Below are positions 61,637 to 64,000 of a stretch of 64,000 bases of DNA, one piece after another; within the stretch, counting starts at the first letter, position 1, and every line of letters starts with the position of its first letter. A model generated the notes under the pieces. The model ran no database searches. It was given only the letters and a program-made list of their open reading frames with translations, and was not told where the DNA came from. The DNA comes from Nemertoderma westbladi (taxonomy: Eukaryota; Animalia; Xenacoelomorpha): contig JAUCBJ010006694.1 of assembly GCA_032718475.1 (NCBI GenBank), positions 1 to 64,000 of the forward strand, given 5' to 3'. The position numbers and the translations under genes were made by a program.

Positions 61637-64000
61637 ATGTCACCGCTCTTAATCTCCACAGTTGCCATCGTTCTGGGCCGTTTCGTTGTGGCAGAACCAT
61701 CCGATCCATGGGGTAACCCTGCAACCCACCCAATACCGGTATTGGACTGGTTTGCCGAACACCCTGTCGATACCGTTTCGAACTGCCGCGCCGAATCGAC
61801 GGAGATGTGGTCGACGAGTGGATTTAGCCTCTACTGCTCTCATCGGGGAAGAAGATCTTGGGTCTCCTCTCCACGAACTAGAGGCCTAATCGCCAAACTC
61901 TGTCTTCTGTCTCTGGTTGGGGATATTGAAACCAACCCAGGACCCAGCAGGACGCGGGCCCCGAAGATCAACTGTCCCGTCTGTCAACGAGGAACAAACT
62001 CTCGGAGTAAGATCATCCAATGCGAGAGTTGTGACACATTTGTACATTTAAAATGTTACCGTAGGAAAAGCAGTAATTTATTCTCCACCAGAAACAATCT
62101 TGAGCCAAGTTTTCTCTGCAATAGCTGTATTTTTACCGAACTTCCCTTTCATGATACTATTTTAGAATCAGAAACCGACGATTCATTCCTCACATCGCCT
62201 CTGCAAACTCCAAGTGATGCTGAGAGTGAAACTTTTACATTTTTTAAGAAAAAAGGTCTGCATTTTTTGCATTTAAATGCACGATATCTTCTTCCCAAAT
62301 TTTCCGAAATTCGTATTTTAATCAATAAATCCAATCCAGCAGTTTTAACAATCTCTGAAACTTGGCTCGATGATAGCGTTTCTTTATATATGTATATTTA
62401 TATTGATAATTACGTAGTTTTACGTAAGGATAGGGACAGACAAGGTGGTGGTGTCCGTACTTACATTCGATGTGATTTAGCTTTTAATCGTAGGGAAGAT
62501 TTAGAGACTTGTGACGAAGTTTTACTGATGGAACTTTTACTTCCTAAAACTAAACATATTTTAATTGGTACTTTATATCGGCCCCCTAAACAATCAGATT
62601 TTTTGCAAAGTTTTGAAAGTACAATTTTATGTAATCTTAGTTCAGACTGTGAAATATATTTCTATTATATAGTGATTTTAATATCTGTTACCATCACAAA
62701 GCATCCCCCATCCGTAAACAGTAACAAAGTATTTTAAATTTGTTTGGTTTAAAACAAATTATTCGAGATTCTACCAGAATTACCAGTAAAACTTCTACTT
62801 TACTAGATCACATCCTTTGTAATAATACCGATATTATTTCTCAATCTGGGGTTTTACCTTTAGGTCTAAGCGATCATTTTATAGTTTTTTGCACAAGAAA
62901 GACACAACAATCTTTTTTCGGGGATCAAAAAACAGTAACTGTTAGGTCTATGAAAAATTACAGCAAGGAACGCTTTTTAAGTTTGTTAGTAAATTCTGAC
63001 TGGGAACCCTGTTTTAAGGCCGCTGACATTAACCTTGCCTACACTGTTTTTCAAGATATATTTCTAAAGGCACTTAATACTGTAGCACCAATTAAAGAAA
63101 TTAGTCTTAAACAACGCACTGAGCCCTGGATGACCTCGGGTATTCTTAGTAATATCAGAGAAAGAGATAACTTTTTGTATAAATTTAGGAAATACCGTAT
63201 TTTAGCTGATTATAATAAATACTGCAAATATAGAAACCTTGTCCAACGGGAAATAAAAAAAGCGAAATCTGAATATTTGTACAACAAAATAAGTGAGAAT
63301 AAAGATAATCCTAAAAGTCTATGGTCTACCCTAAAATCTTTAGGTTATAAAAACCTTAAATCTAAATCGAATATTGTTCTGCAAGATAACGGTGAGCTGA
63401 TTCATGATCATACTCTAGTTAGTAATTTATTTAATAATTATTTTACTAATGTTGCCTCTAATTTAGTTAAGAAGTTACCGTTATCAAGTAATTAATATAG
63501 TATAGGGTCCGAAACTCTAAATAATTTTTATTTAGAAAAGTTACAAAATTCAGAAAAGTTATTTTTAAAACCCGTTTCTGAGGATTTCGTTTTTCAAAAT
63601 CTACTTAGCCTATCAGCCTCAAAAAGTACCGGTCTAGACCTAATACCTGCCCGTTATCTTAAGGATGGTGCTGAAGTACTTAAAGTGCCTATTACTTTTA
63701 TTATTAATTACTCTATCGTAGATAATGTAGTACCAGACGAACTGAAATTAGCTAAGGTTGTTCCTCTGTATAAAAAGAATAGTAAAGTAGAACCCTGTAA
63801 TTACAGACCTGTTAGTATCTTAAGTATTGTATCTAAAATTCTAGAACGTTCTGTTTTTCTACAGCTGGAAGCACATCTGAGTAGGCTAAATTTGATCTAT
63901 GAACTTCAGTCCGGTTTTCGTAAATCATATTCTACAGACACCTGCTTTATTAACTTAACTGATACAATTAGATGTAATAACGCAAAGGGTTTATATACTG
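61637..64000 (+). mobile_element. CR1/L2-group LINE ORF with 2A-like motif, PHD finger, APE endonuclease and start of RT; disrupted, runs off the window
   Basis: GDIETNPGP; PHD-like CPVC...CESC...H..C...CNSC; APE motifs HLNAR, SETWL, GGGV, YRPP, LDH, SDH. Frameshift at about 62670 and stop at 63493. Same family as 24948-27260. Confidence 0.9.

Overview
Eukaryotic (probably invertebrate animal) repeat-rich window. It holds four related BEL/Pao LTR retrotransposon copies: A at 1-17962 (+), whose 5' LTR ends just before the window; B1 at 27985-39870 (+); B2 at 39871-48335 (-); B3 at about 49520-60505 (+). Around them are an intact-looking two-exon ADAR2-type RNA-editing gene (19904-23811), LINE fragments (RTE, RTEX-like, and two copies of a CR1/L2-group LINE, one with a 2A StopGo motif) and two non-autonomous DNA transposons. 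The BEL/Pao family is the unusual part. (1) It has no TGG-type tRNA primer-binding site: the 11 nt after the 5' LTR are the exact complement of an 11-mer inside the LTR, with compensatory changes between subfamilies A and B, as in Tf1-style self-priming. (2) After pol it carries a 1417-aa non-env ORF with WRN/EXD/RNase D-like DEDDy 3'-5' exonuclease motifs and CCHC zinc knuckles, preceded by a covarying structured leader. (3) B1 and B2 are fused tail-to-tail exactly at that 11-mer. All domain calls are by eye from motifs; no searches were run.
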